Positions 38,901-51,200 of a DNA stretch of 64,000 nt are shown in pieces; position 1 is the first letter of the stretch; every line of letters begins with the position of its first letter. Under the pieces are notes generated by a model. It saw nothing but the letters and a program-made list of their open reading frames with translations. It had not been told where the DNA came from and ran no database searches. Source of the stretch: Nemertoderma westbladi (Eukaryota; Animalia; Xenacoelomorpha). The position numbers and the translations under genes were made by a program. The stretch is from positions 1-64,000 of the forward strand of contig JAUCBJ010002643.1 in NCBI GenBank assembly GCA_032718475.1. Direction: 5' to 3'.

Positions 38901-39283
38901 TAATCTCTCCAAACCCAACAACAATCCGACAACAGTCTGGCCTACAATTATCTGAACAATCTGAGCAGACTTACACGTCTTCAGCTCAATATTAACTTAC
39001 TAGGAAATAAAACTGACAGAAATAAGTAAAATCTCAATAAAAAACCAGGGCTGCAGTCCCTGATTAAATACTAAGACCTACCGGTATACAATAATCAAAT
39101 CGAATAATACTAATGTACGGTACTTATACTGGAAGTACCGGTTAGGACAGTTCTGGCAGTTGGACCTACGGACCTACAGCAGTACCGGTTCTGGCAGTTG
39201 GGCCTACTGACCTACAGAAGTACCGGTTCAGGTTTACCGGTCGACCGGTACTTTCAACTTTATTGCTTACTGCAATAAAGTCA

Positions 39284-39294
39284 ATAACTGTTAT
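39284..39294 (-). promoter_or_regulatory. Non-tRNA PBS-position sequence ATAACAGTTAT of B'
   Basis: Directly follows the 5' LTR, lacks TGG, and is the exact reverse complement of the LTR motif at 40019-40029. Confidence 0.55.
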
Positions 39295-40501
39295 TGTACG
39301 CGCTTTTGAAGACCTTTAGCAGTTTAACCTGCCAAAATTTATATGTCTTTTGGTTTATAAATAGACTTTAGAAGTTGACAAATATTTAATACCAATAAAC
39401 ACAACATTAGCAGAAGCCAGCCTAGTGCGCGTCCATTCACCCGCTGGATATACCCGGGAGACTGGATTCTGAGGGCTTAGATTATTATTGCAGTGTAAGC
39501 TTACTGTATTATTCGATTGATCGTTAATAAATAATTTCTGACTAATATTATTCACTTTCGGGAAATATTAACAGTTCCTTTAGGACGTGGCGCTCTATCT
39601 AGGTAAACAGAGATATGACTTATACTAATCACAACGGTAAGTCGGTAAGGCTTAAGATTCACGTATGAGGCGCATTCTTTAGGAAATGCTTAGTTATCAG
39701 TCACAATCAAGCACACTACCGGTAACACACAATACTGCTCACTAATTTGCCGACCGTCAATGAATTTTATCATATATAAAGAGAACAGCAACTGACTCAT
39801 GTAGTGCTTATCAAATAGCATTAAATTCACTACAAACCACAATAATATAAGTCGCAATCGCTATATATAACCCGTCTCTCTAACCTGTAGTGTATCAAGA
39901 AAATTGGGAAATTTGGGTTCTTTATAAATGTTCTCCAAATAATAATATTCAACCAAAACACAACAGTAAATAGCATTAAGACGGTAGGTTAAGATGGTAA
40001 CACTGTTTGACTGGACCGATAACAGTTATACGCTCTATAATCTAAAGCCTACTAATGTTTCTTCTAAAGTCTGAAACGAATTGACTCTAGAGCCGGTGTT
40101 CCTGGCCTAGATAGAAACAACACAACAGTAACAAAAACACTCTCTGACTCTAACACCGTTGCAGGTATCTTTTTACACAGAGAGGAATCGCTCTCATTAG
40201 CAGAACACCAGATTCCACAGGTTCCACGAATATCTAAATGCCGAACTATCAGGATTTTTGCAGCCCTTGGCCAACACACAAAATGAGTCACTCCGCTCGG
40301 TTGCCCTGGTTGCATACTCTGCTGCTATAGCTCTGGTTGGCCGATAGAACGTAGTAAAGAGCCCCTCGTATAACAAATCAGCCAATCAGCCGGTCGCTTT
40401 GCATCATTCGAGTTAGAGAGCTTTTTAGAGTATTCCAGCGCCTGGGGGGGAACTGGATTGCAAAGCAAAAGGGCCAGTTATATCCCACAGAAGCTTTTAC
40501 A
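39295..40501 (-). repeat. 5' LTR of B' (1207 bp)
   Basis: Direct repeat of 27638-28844. Confidence 0.95.
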
Positions 40502-40789
40502 CAGTTAGGTGTATAATAATACTGTTCTGGTTTGCAGATAGCACAACATTAATTAGACCTTGCAGTTAGGTGTATAGTAATACTGTTCAGGTTTGCAGTT
40601 AGCACAACATTAATAGACAATGCAGTTAGGGCTATGGTATATGTGTAGTCTTTACCACCCTTGTACTCTAGCGACCTTCCAGAGAATTTGTTAGTTAGGT
40701 GTATAGTTGATTTGCATGCGTCTGGAACAGTTAGCACTTTGGACGAAAAAGTGCACGTTAGCGTTTCAAGTGGTTTGCCGGTATACTGT

Positions 40790-41205
40790 ATGTGTACAGT
40801 AGGCGTGTGTAAGTGTACAGTATGCGTGTGTAAGTGTACAGCGGGGGGGGGCTTGTGTAAGTGTACAGTAGGCGTGTGTAAGTGTACAGTAGGCGTGTGT
40901 AAGTGTACAGTAGGCGTGTGTAGGTGTACAGTAGGCGTGTGTAAGTGTACAGTAGGCGTGTGTAAGTGTACAGTAGGCGTGTGTAAGTGTACAGTAGGCG
41001 TGTGTAAGTGTACAGTAGGCGTGTGTAAGTGTACAGTAGGCGTGTGTAAGTGTACAGTAGGTGTGTGTAAGTGTACAGTAGGCGTGTGTAAGTGTACAGT
41101 AGGCGTGTGTAATTGTACAGTAGGCGTGTGTAAGTGTACAGTAGGCGTGTGTAAGTGTACAGTAGGCGTGTGTAAGTGTACAATAGGCGTGTGTAAGTGT
41201 AGGCA
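40790..41205. repeat. 21-bp minisatellite (~19 copies)
   Basis: Unit gtgtaagtgtacagtaggcgt. Confidence 0.95.
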
Positions 41206-42580
41206 TAGCGTTAAAGGCTTTTTTTGAGCTTTTTTCAACTTTTTTTAGTTAAAACAATTTCTAGAAATTAATTGCTTCAAGATGAATCTGCGAATTTTCG
41301 AATACTAAAACCTACACTATTGAATAAAGCTAAAAAAACACTTGAAAAAAAGCTCAAAAAAAGCTAGAAAAAAAGCTCAAAAAAAGCTAGAAAAAAAGCT
41401 CAAAAAAAAGCTAAAAAAAAGCTTGAAAAAGCTAGAAAAAAAGCTCAAAAAAAGCTTGAAACAAAACGAAAAAAAAAGCTCAATAAAAAGCTGGGTCGAA
41501 TTTGAAAATATTACGGTAGTTTGAACGCGGCCTAAGCATATCATTAATTTCTGAATATAATGAACTCAATACAGTGAATTTTGTTAATTTTAATTAGCTA
41601 TTAAAAAAATACTAGCTAAACCCCCCCCCCCCCCCCCCCCCCAAACCCATCTTGCCAGCAACGATTGAAAATTAGGGTTGCAACAATATTAATATACCAA
41701 TATGAAACAAATTCTAAATAAAATTAGAAAAAAATTGTATATTTTTTGAACTGTTCTAGAACATCAACTACGTTCTAGAACTTTTTTTTTCTAGTTCTGG
41801 ATAGCTAACATGTTCTAGAACATTATTTAAAAAAATTAAAATGGTACATTAATTTTTTTAATTCTTTTTTAAATTGTTCTAGAACAAAAAATATTTTTTC
41901 TAGAACATATATTTTTTATTTAATAGCTAACATGTTCTAGAACATGTTCATAAAAAGAAATTGCAAAAACTAGCTAGTAGAAAAATTTGAGGGGGGGGGG
42001 GGGGTGTACCTATAACACACTAGTGCCTGTTCTAGAACATCCCGTAGTAAAAATATATTGATTTTTCATGCTAGCTATTATTCTTGGTCTTGCTAGCAAA
42101 AATTATTTTATTATTGAATTATTTTATTATTGAATTATTATTATTATTTAAATTATTTATTATTATTTAAAGTCGTGGGTTTTGTTTTGTGAGAAACAAC
42201 ACTTAACTTAAACTAAGTGGCCATTCAACAAAGTGGGCATTTAAAATTATTACAGTATTAAGTGGCCATTTATGCATTTTAGGATAAGTGGGCACTTAGT
42301 TTGAGAAATCGGGGCAATATCTTTTAACACTCTTTGCTCTTGACATATCATTTTAGTACCGTTATATATGATTCTGTACCGGTAGGCCTACAAGTACCAC
42401 TGTAGCGTAAGCTTAGCTTACATATTAAACTACTGACTGACTGAACTAACATGATTGCATAATAAATACCAGAAAACTGGAATACAGTAATACAGTCAGG
42501 CCGTACTGCAGTAATGACAGATTACTGGATTAGTTGGCCTTGACAGGACAGGAGTACAGGACAGGAGTAGCCATTTAAAC

Positions 42581-43185
42581 ATGGAAGAACTTTTATACAG
42601 ACTTTGGTACACCTGGTTGACATGGAATTTGTGTCTATCAGTGTTGATTGTGGTACCGGCGTGTTTCGGCCTCCACGTTGGTCTTCGATTCGTCTACATC
42701 CACATTCTCCGTCTCGTGTTCTACTTCGGAAGACAAACTATCGCTAAACGAAAGTACTCCAAAAAGGATAGCGACTCAGAACAGCACGAGTTACCAAACT
42801 TAATCGAAAAGCAAATTCCCACAAACATTCGCCAAGCAATCGAGAAGATGTACAATGCACCTTTCGAAGAAATCGAACACGAATTCCATTTGGTTGACTC
42901 CGCGCTCTTCATAAAAGCAGGTATCGAATCGATTGTTGAAGACGAAGTAACGAAACGTTTTTCTGCTGCGGAACTTAACGGATGGAACTTACTGACTCGA
43001 ACTAACCAGCACTACAGACACATCAGCTGGAGACTAACACTCCTCTATTTTATCGGTATGTTCATCCGATACTTCCTTCTTGTTCCTCTCCGTATCAACA
43101 TCTTCCTTATCGGTTTCGTCTTCACCTTGTTAGGGAACTTCTTTTGTTCTCTTCTACCCATTGGTCGACGAACCTCCATACAAAG
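42581..43185 (+). CDS. GPAT3/4: Glycerol-3-phosphate acyltransferase 3/4 family, exon 1
   Basis: GIESIVEDEVTKRFSAAELNGWNLLTRTN, ISWRLT, IRYFLLVPLR; donor AAAG|GTAAC, phase 2. Confidence 0.9.
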
Positions 43186-43923
43186 GTAACATTTTAAGAA
43201 GTAACATTGTGGTAGTTTTTTCTGAAGAACATGTACCTACTTATTTAGTCCGTTTTAAAGTCTGAAAGTTGTTGTATATGTAATGTCTAAGTGTGTTAAC
43301 CTACATCTTTCATTTTTGCATTTAGTATTGTAAGACATGAAGGTAGAAGGAAACAGTAATTTTTTTGACCAATAGAATATTAGAAGTCGAAATCACCATG
43401 TTTGCGTGATCAAACATGGTGGGAATTTTGAAATCGCAAACATCTACCGGTCCTCGTTGAGCTATTATTAAAGAGAGACAGCTCGATGTTACCGGTAACG
43501 TTCTGACGCTATTCTGTTATTATTATTAAAAAAATATTTTCATTATTTACTTCGATGGAAATTTCAACATTTCATTGTTTTCTTCATAATCTAGCAAAAT
43601 GTTAGAACTACTGGACTAGGCTAATACAGTAATCAGGTAATAGAGAGAGACGCGAAAACAATCATTTAATTTTTACTCAGCTAACTTTAAGTTTTACTCC
43701 ATGGTAAACTCACTTCCAAGTCCAACCACAGGCATTACAATTTTCGAATCAAGAGATTTCAATCACTTTTTTGAGGCAATTTTCATAACTGCACCTGTAA
43801 TAATTGCAAATATAATCTCAGCTAAATTTCAGTCGGAGTTGCTTTAATATGCAAGTCGGCCATCGTAAGTGAGAAGTTCCGGTACGTATTCTCAAATTAC
43901 CATATTTTCAAACTGTCCAATAG

Positions 43924-44065
43924 GTTCGTTAGTTTGACGAGTTATCGGATTTTGGTTCGCGCGATGACAGCTGTTGTTCGCTTCCACAATCCGGAGAACC
44001 GTGCCACCCAGGCTGGAATTACGGTAGCCAATCACACGTCCCCTATAGACGTCGCCATCCTCCAG
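43924..44065 (+). CDS. GPAT3/4: GPAT3/4 exon 2 (catalytic HxxxxD motif)
   Basis: Acceptor caatag|G; reads FVSLTSYRILVRAMTAVVRFHNPENRATQAGITVANHTSPIDVAILQ; donor CAG|GTACGG; phases fit exons 1 and 3. Confidence 0.9.
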
Positions 44066-45029
44066 GTACGGTAGCCAATCACACGTCGCCTATAGACGTT
44101 GCCATTCTCCAGGTACGGTAGCCAATCACACGGCAAAAATCCTCCAGGTACGGTAGCCAATCACACGGCGCCATCCTCCAGGTACGGTAGCCAATCACAC
44201 GGCGCCATCCTCCAGGTACTGTAGCCAATCACACGGCGCCATCCTCCAGGTACGGTAGCCAATCACACGGCGCCAACCTCCAGGTACGGTAGCCAATCAC
44301 ACCTCGCCATCCTCCAGGTACGGTAGCCAATCACACGGCGCCATCCTCCAGGTACGGTAGCCAATCACACATCGCCATCCTTCAGGTACGGTAGCCAATC
44401 ACACGGCGCCATCCTCCAGGTACGGTAGCCAATCACACGGCGCCATCCTCCAGGTACGGTAGCCAATCACACGCCGCCATCCTCCAGGTACGGTATCCAA
44501 TCACACGGCGCCATCCTCCAGGTACGGTAGCCAATCACACGGCGCCATCCTCCAGGTACGGTATCCAATCACACGTCGCCATCCTCCAGGTACGGTAGCC
44601 AATCACACGTCGCCATCCTCCAGGTGGTAATGATCCTAAATTCGTCAACACTGGGGTCAATTTTTTTTGAAGAGCTAACAAATATCCGAGTTTATTTTTG
44701 TAGCAACACATTGTTATATTTTATGGATTCGATAGTGATTAATCGAGTACTGGTACCGTTTTTGAAAAATTCAACTCTAAAGATGAGATTGGCAAGAAAT
44801 TATCGTGATGGGACGGAATCGTATTTTCTGGAAAATCCCAGTCTTGAAGATAATAATTTTAATTCAATGTTATGTTACCTAGGTACACTAATAAGTTGTA
44901 CATTGTGGTGTATACTGTTTGAAACAATTTCATTGTATAGTTGGTTGTAAATTATAAATCAAAGTGTCATTTTCCGTCCGTCACTATTTGGTTAAAAAAA
45001 AAAAAAAAAATGTAGTATATATTCAGGAA

Positions 45030-45390
45030 TAATAATAAATATAAATTCCCATAAGCAAAGTATAGCATATAGGTAAGTATTAGGGGTCTACACTGGCTTA
45101 ATATTATAATACAACGCTGAATTTGGTGAACGTTTTCGTCCTACCGGGCTACGTCAGATCTATTATATTAATAAAGTATAATGGAGTAATTAAATTCAAT
45201 TCGAAATTCCCGCCACCTAAATAAAGCACTAATAGAATAGATAGTTCTAAGTAAGTCCTGTATGTAATATTATATAAACAAAGTCAAAAACAAAGTCAAA
45301 AAACAAAAGTCTCCAGAATAAAATAGATTTTTATCCAAACTTACATAACGTAAAAAGCTAATCCTGTCTCTAAGTAACTCTCGTACTATT

Positions 45391-45429
<39 letters not shown>

Positions 45430-46402
45430 CCAAAACGCTCAGTTTCTACTCAGTATAATAAGTAAGGTAATATACAGTAAAACACACATTAGCGACCCCC
45501 ATATGTGTAATATCCATTCCCTCCAAAACCCAAATTCCAAAATTCCCCCATACATATATAGTCCAAAGGTAGTGAAACATAAGACAGCTCAAAGCGATCC
45601 TTAGTTAATTAAGATAAAACTATAGCATCTACTGTATAGATTATAGTTAGGTTAATGAATAAGTGCGCTGTGAGTAATAAGTGAATAATGAAAATATGCG
45701 CGCGTGAAAATATTATTCACTTATTACTCACAGCGCACTTATTCATTAACCTAACTATAATCTATACAGTAGATGCTATAGTTTTATCTTAATTAACTAA
45801 GGATCGCTTTGAGCTGTTTTATGTTTCACTACTGTTGGACTATATATGTATGGGGGAATTTGGGTTTTGGAGGGAATGGATATTACACATATGGGGGTCG
45901 CTAATGTGTGTTTTACTGTATATTACCTTACTTATTATACTGAGTAGAAACTGAGCGTTTTGGGGTTTTTGGTTTTTTTTTTTTTTTTTTTTATAATAAT
46001 AATACGAGAGTTACTTAGAGACAGGATTAGCTTTTTACGTTATGTAAGTTTGGATAAAAATCTATTTTATTCTGGAGACTTTTGTTTTTTGACTTTGTTT
46101 TTGACTTTGTTTATATAATATTACATACAGGACTTACTTAGAACTATCTATTCTATTAGTGCTTTATTTAGGTGGCGGGAATTTCGAATTGAATTTAATT
46201 ACTCCATTATACTTTATTAATATAATAGGTCTGACGTAGCCCAGTAGGGCGAAAACGTTCACCAAATTCAGCGTTGCATTATAATATTAAGCCAGTGTAG
46301 ACCCCTAATACTTACCTATATGCTATACTTTGCTTATGGGAATTTATATTTATTATTATTTAATGGAACCACTGGCAATAGCCTACCGCTTTATATCTAA
46401 TT
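45030..46402. mobile_element. Penelope-like element insertion: ~660-bp inverted pseudo-LTR pair plus ~40-nt tail
   Basis: Arms ~45030-45689 and ~45712-46360; TSD TATATTCAGGAA at 45018-45029 and 46403-46414; hammerhead motif in each arm. Confidence 0.75.
46228..46263 (+). ncRNA. Minimal type I hammerhead ribozyme-like motif (variant core)
   Basis: GGT-CTGACGTA-GCCC AGTA GGGC-GAA-AACGTT-C-ACC: stem I GGT/ACC, stem II GCCC/GGGC, palindromic stem III; mutated copy on the minus strand ~45125-45160. Confidence 0.6.
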
Positions 46403-48239
46403 TATATTCAGGAAGTTAGAGCCTCAATGGCTAAGTAGTTTTGGACTGGACCCTGCATAAAATGTTCGTGACGGGACGTAATTTTATATTATTTCCGTCC
46501 CGTCACGGGCGACGAGTTCGTGGCATTCCTATTTTACTTAATATATTTTACTAGTCAATGGAGCAACGATGTCTGTGAGCATTGAGAGAAGTTAACATAC
46601 AGTTTTAGTACGGGAAATATTTACCTTGTCCATCTGTATGTCTGTCTGTCCGTATGTCTGGATCAATTTTTGAATGTCAACATATCTCAGCAAAATCAAC
46701 AACTAGGTAGGCCAAATTAAATTAAATTTTGTAGGCCTACAGTAGGTTTGTAATAAGCATTGGATCACAGGATGTTTGTACTTTGTTGTTGTTGTTGGCG
46801 GCGGAGGTAGTGCTGAGAAATGAAACATAATTTGACTAGTTTCAGTTCGAATAAACCTGTTTATTAGTATTATAGTTCCAATTTCCCAAAAAATGGATTC
46901 AGTTTCGGTTCTAGTTTCAGTTTGAATGAGGCTATTTATTTAGGTTCCAGTTTCAGTTCCCAAAAAAAAATAGTTTCAGTTCACAGCACTCGGTGGATGC
47001 TGTAGTGTAGTGGTGAGGGTGTTATACTGTTATATATAAGTTTTGGCTACTTGATTGGCTTTTAATTGAGCACCACGTCAATAAAAGCAGCTGAATTATC
47101 TATGGTAATAAATTGCTAACCTAAATAATTTTCAAATAAACTAAACATCAAAACTACAAAATATGAATAATATTGATGGCCTTTCATCACCTTGTCATTT
47201 TTTCCGCCCCGTCACATTCCGTCCCGTCACGCGAGTGAATGTTTTCTAAATGACTATATTTTTTAGAATATGATTGGAAATTAGGATCATTTTTATTTTT
47301 TGGATAAAGTATATGGCTATTATTCAAATGAGAAAGGGACAGAAGATTAGAGTCAGACAATTCACAAGAATATTGAATTAAACTTTTGACAAACTATTAC
47401 TCATGTTTTGTTATTCCGTCCCGTCACATTTTCGTTTTTTACTTTTAGACAACATAGCAACCAACTTTAGAATTTTATACTGGTCATTATAACTAGGCAT
47501 CAATGGGTGCTACTAATATATGACATAATAATATTATTCCATATCACAAGACAGATAATGTGGGGTATAATGTTTCTGAATTTCCATCCCGTCACAAAAC
47601 ACGAATTTAGGATCATTACCAGGTACGGTAGCCAATCACACGTCGCCATCCTCCAGGTACGGTAGCCAATCACGCGTCGCCATCCTCCAGGTTCGGTAGC
47701 CAATCACACGGCGCCATCCTCCAGGTACGGTAGCCAATCACGCGTCGCCATCCTCCAGGTACGGTAGCCAATCACGCGTCGCCATCCTCCACGTACGGTA
47801 GCCATTCACACGTCGCCATCCTCCAGGTACGGTAGCCAATCACGCGTCGCCATCCTCCAGGTACGGTAGCCAATCACACGGCGCCATCCTCCAGGTACGG
47901 TAGCCAATCACGCGTCGCCATCCTCCACGTACGGTAGCCATTCACACGTCGCCATCCACCAGGTACGGTAGCCAATCACGCGTCGCCATCCTCCACGTAC
48001 GGTAGCCATTCACACGTCGCCATCCACCAGGTACGGTAGCCAATCACGCGTCGCCATCCTCCAGGTATGGTAGCCAATCACACGGCGCCATCCTCCAGGT
48101 ACGGTAGCCAATCACGCATCGCCATCCTCCACGTACGGTAGCCAATCACGCGTCGCCATCCTCCACGTACGGTAGCCATTCACACGTCGCCATCCACCAG
48201 GTACGGTAGCCAATCACGCGTCGCCATCCTCCACGTACG

Positions 48240-51200
48240 TGTTGATCAGTATAATACACATTTATAAATCTATTAATATTCTCGCTGTACTGCTATAATA
48301 ATACAAGGCCGCCATATAATTATATATTAAATAATGCAATACACTCAGGCCTATACCGGTACACCAAACAACACAGTACTATCCCATCACCCGGCGAGTC
48401 TCTATCTCAGTGCCTATCTAACAGATTCACCCTCTTTATTAAGAATGAAATGGAATAAACTAAGTGGTTATAGTTAAGAAAGCGGTAATGCTTCGATTAT
48501 GCCCATGTTAATAATGTCCATCAGTTTCCGAGAACATACCCCACGTTTGGTTAGTGAATCAGCCAACTGTTCACCTGATCTAACATACTCAACACGATCG
48601 AGTTCTTTGTTCTCTAGCGATTCCTTTATTGATGCGATATCAATTCGCAAGCGTTTTTCGTTCACTGCAATTGTTGAATGAATAGATGTGTGGAGATTGC
48701 GGCTATCAGTGTAAGCAATGACAGGTACCTTTATCTTCAGAATATCAAAGATAAGAGCCGCAATGAAATGAACCTCTTCTAAGCCATCAACCAAAGCGAG
48801 ACCCTCAGCTGCAAGAGTACTCTTCACAACTCTCCTGATTTTCTTCGACCCCCAAGCCAGTGTGGAACACTTGTTATTTTCTCCAACTAGGAAAACAACA
48901 AAACCCTCAGCACTGGATACTCCATCCAGTAAATTTCCGTGAGATGCATCACTATACAACACCAACCTGAAGGTTGCAGGATCCCCAAGTGCTGGAAATT
49001 TTATAGCAACATTATCATTCTTCAGTTTTTTAATCATTTTATTTGCCTTACATAGATGATTGCCATCGGCGTGATTTGCAGCCATGCTAAGTTCTAGAAC
49101 ATCGAATGACAAATCTGGCCTGGTTTGATTAGCAGCCCAACTAATTTGTCCGACAGTTGATTTTAATAGTGAAATTGACTTTGGACTGAGGAAAGAGTTA
49201 TACCCACTAGTCGGAATAACAAGTAGCTGCAAACTGTCGATATATTCACATTGATCAATCGTTATTATCATTGGTTTCTGTTTTAAGTTAAGACCAACGT
49301 ATTTCACATTTCCACCTGCGAACTTCCCAGCAATAAATGTATTGGTCATTGGTGTGATTACTCCATCATCAAACTTCTTCGCACCAGCATATAAAAAATC
49401 GTCCACATGTAGTAGGAACATACCACTAAGAATCCCCTGATTGTACCACATAAACAAAGCATTGTCGTACTTACATATCGTGCAACCTAAACGTTCTAGT
49501 TCATATTTGACACTAAAATACCAATTTCTAGCAGCATCATTTAAACCATAGACCACTTTCTTCAACTTCCATATAATACCTTCCTTGATTAAATCTACTG
49601 GTGGCCTCAAAAATATATCCCGAGAGATCCTTTTACCCTGTAGGAAAGCTGATCGAATGTCGATAGATTTAACACTCCAATCAAACGTGGCACAAAATGT
49701 CAAAAATATTCGCATTGTACTTTTATTTACTGTAGGAGAATCGGATTGTATCCCACTATGTTCCTCAAACCCTCTGGCTACCAGACGAGCTTTCACCTTC
49801 TTTTCTTCATTTTGAACTTTCTCAGTGATGACCCATGTAGTGGAAATAGTCGATTGTCCCTTATCCCAAACTTCCTCAAAGACATCAAAATCTATCCAAT
49901 TTTTGAATTCTTTCTCCTTTGCCAAAACAACCTCTTTTCATCGTGTCGATTTTTTGGTATCATAACAATGCCCACTGTCTCCTCATGAATGTTTTCAACA
50001 TCAGATGGGTCGTTTGTAATATTCTGCCATTCTTTTATGGCAGATAAATCAATAGAAAACGGATCATCGTCATTGGCTGACTTGACATTAAACCAAGATC
50101 CATATTTGCCGGATTTTTTACCAGCCCTGCCAGTGACAGTGCCTGTATCCCATGGAGATGTATCGGTGAGTCTATATTTAATAACTTCACCTTTCTTAGG
50201 AAGCATGGATAATTTTATGTCTTTTTTCCGTGCATCAGTTATTGGCCTGTTCATATCTTGTATTCCATTGTCGACATCAAGATCCTTTAAATGATCTTCT
50301 TGAATAATATCGTCCATTGGTGTGGTCATATGATCTTCATCATCCTCTGCAGTGCCATCGTTGGTAATACCATGGCCTACATTGAGGTAATCCTCTTTAT
50401 TAGATTCGATAAATTCCTTTCCCACTTTTATTATTCTGTTCAGTGAAACTCGGACATACACACTCCCATGTCTAACAAATATTACTTTTCCATCCTGGCC
50501 AATCACAACACCTGGCCCATGCCATCTATTACCATCGTCCCGTTTGTAATATACTTTTTCACCTGTTTGAAAATTCTCATTAGCTGCCCGTATTTTATGA
50601 CGTAAGGCACGTCTAACCCGCTCCGATGCTTCAGACTTCAAAAACGCCGATCTTGCAGAGTGTAAAGATGTTAAATGCTTAGCGAATACTTCACTTATTG
50701 TTTGACCTTCAAGGGCAGGAAGATTATTTGTTAATGTAGATGGTAATGTAGGGTTCTGTCCAAACACTAATTGGTATGGTGAAAACCCCGATACGTTTTG
50801 CAGCGCATTTTTTGCATTCACTGCCCAAATCAATGCAACTTCCAACTTGACTTTTGGATTATCCTCTAATATTTTTTCTACTGAAACATCAATTACTGTG
50901 TGATTCCTCTCACACAAACCGTTTTGCCATGGACTTTGTGCTGCAGTATTTAAAACCTCAATATTTAAGTTCTCGCATATATCCCGATATTTTTCATTTG
51001 CAAATTCTCCACCGTTGTCCGCGAGAAATTTTTTAGGAGTACCAAAACCAGAACCGATCCACATGCTCATAATCTTATCAATTATCACGTCAGGTTTTTT
51101 TTGATGTAATAACACATGATAAACAAAATCTAGTAAACATATCTATCATATGTAAGAAATATATACCTGGTCTAAACTCCTTCAGGTCCATAGCAACTGC

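Larger units (their letters stand above)
27638..40501 (-). mobile_element. Complete non-autonomous BEL/Pao-derived LTR element B' (12.9 kb)
   Basis: LTRs 27638-28844 and 39295-40501 (about 8 differences seen by eye); TSD CAGTT at 27633-27637 and 40502-40506; PPT next to 28845. Confidence 0.95.
44626..47620. mobile_element. Non-autonomous TIR DNA transposon with 4-bp TSD (possibly Sola-like)
   Basis: 20-bp perfect TIR GGTAATGATCCTAAATTCGT; TSD AGGT at 44622-44625 and 47621-47624; repeated CCGTCCCGTCAC motifs; no transposase ORF. Confidence 0.85.

Noticed and set aside
27638-40501. Segmental duplication or assembly error explaining the 1.2-kb direct repeat
   Set aside because: TG...CA ends, PPT and a 5-bp TSD identify a normal LTR pair.
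40549-41238. His/Thr- or Cys-rich repeat ORFs (metallothionein-like)
   Set aside because: Artefact of the 21-bp minisatellite, open in several frames.
49900-51115. Programmed frameshifting in Copia pol
   Set aside because: Breaks fall inside integrase and just before RT, one at a homopolymer; mutation or sequencing error is more likely.
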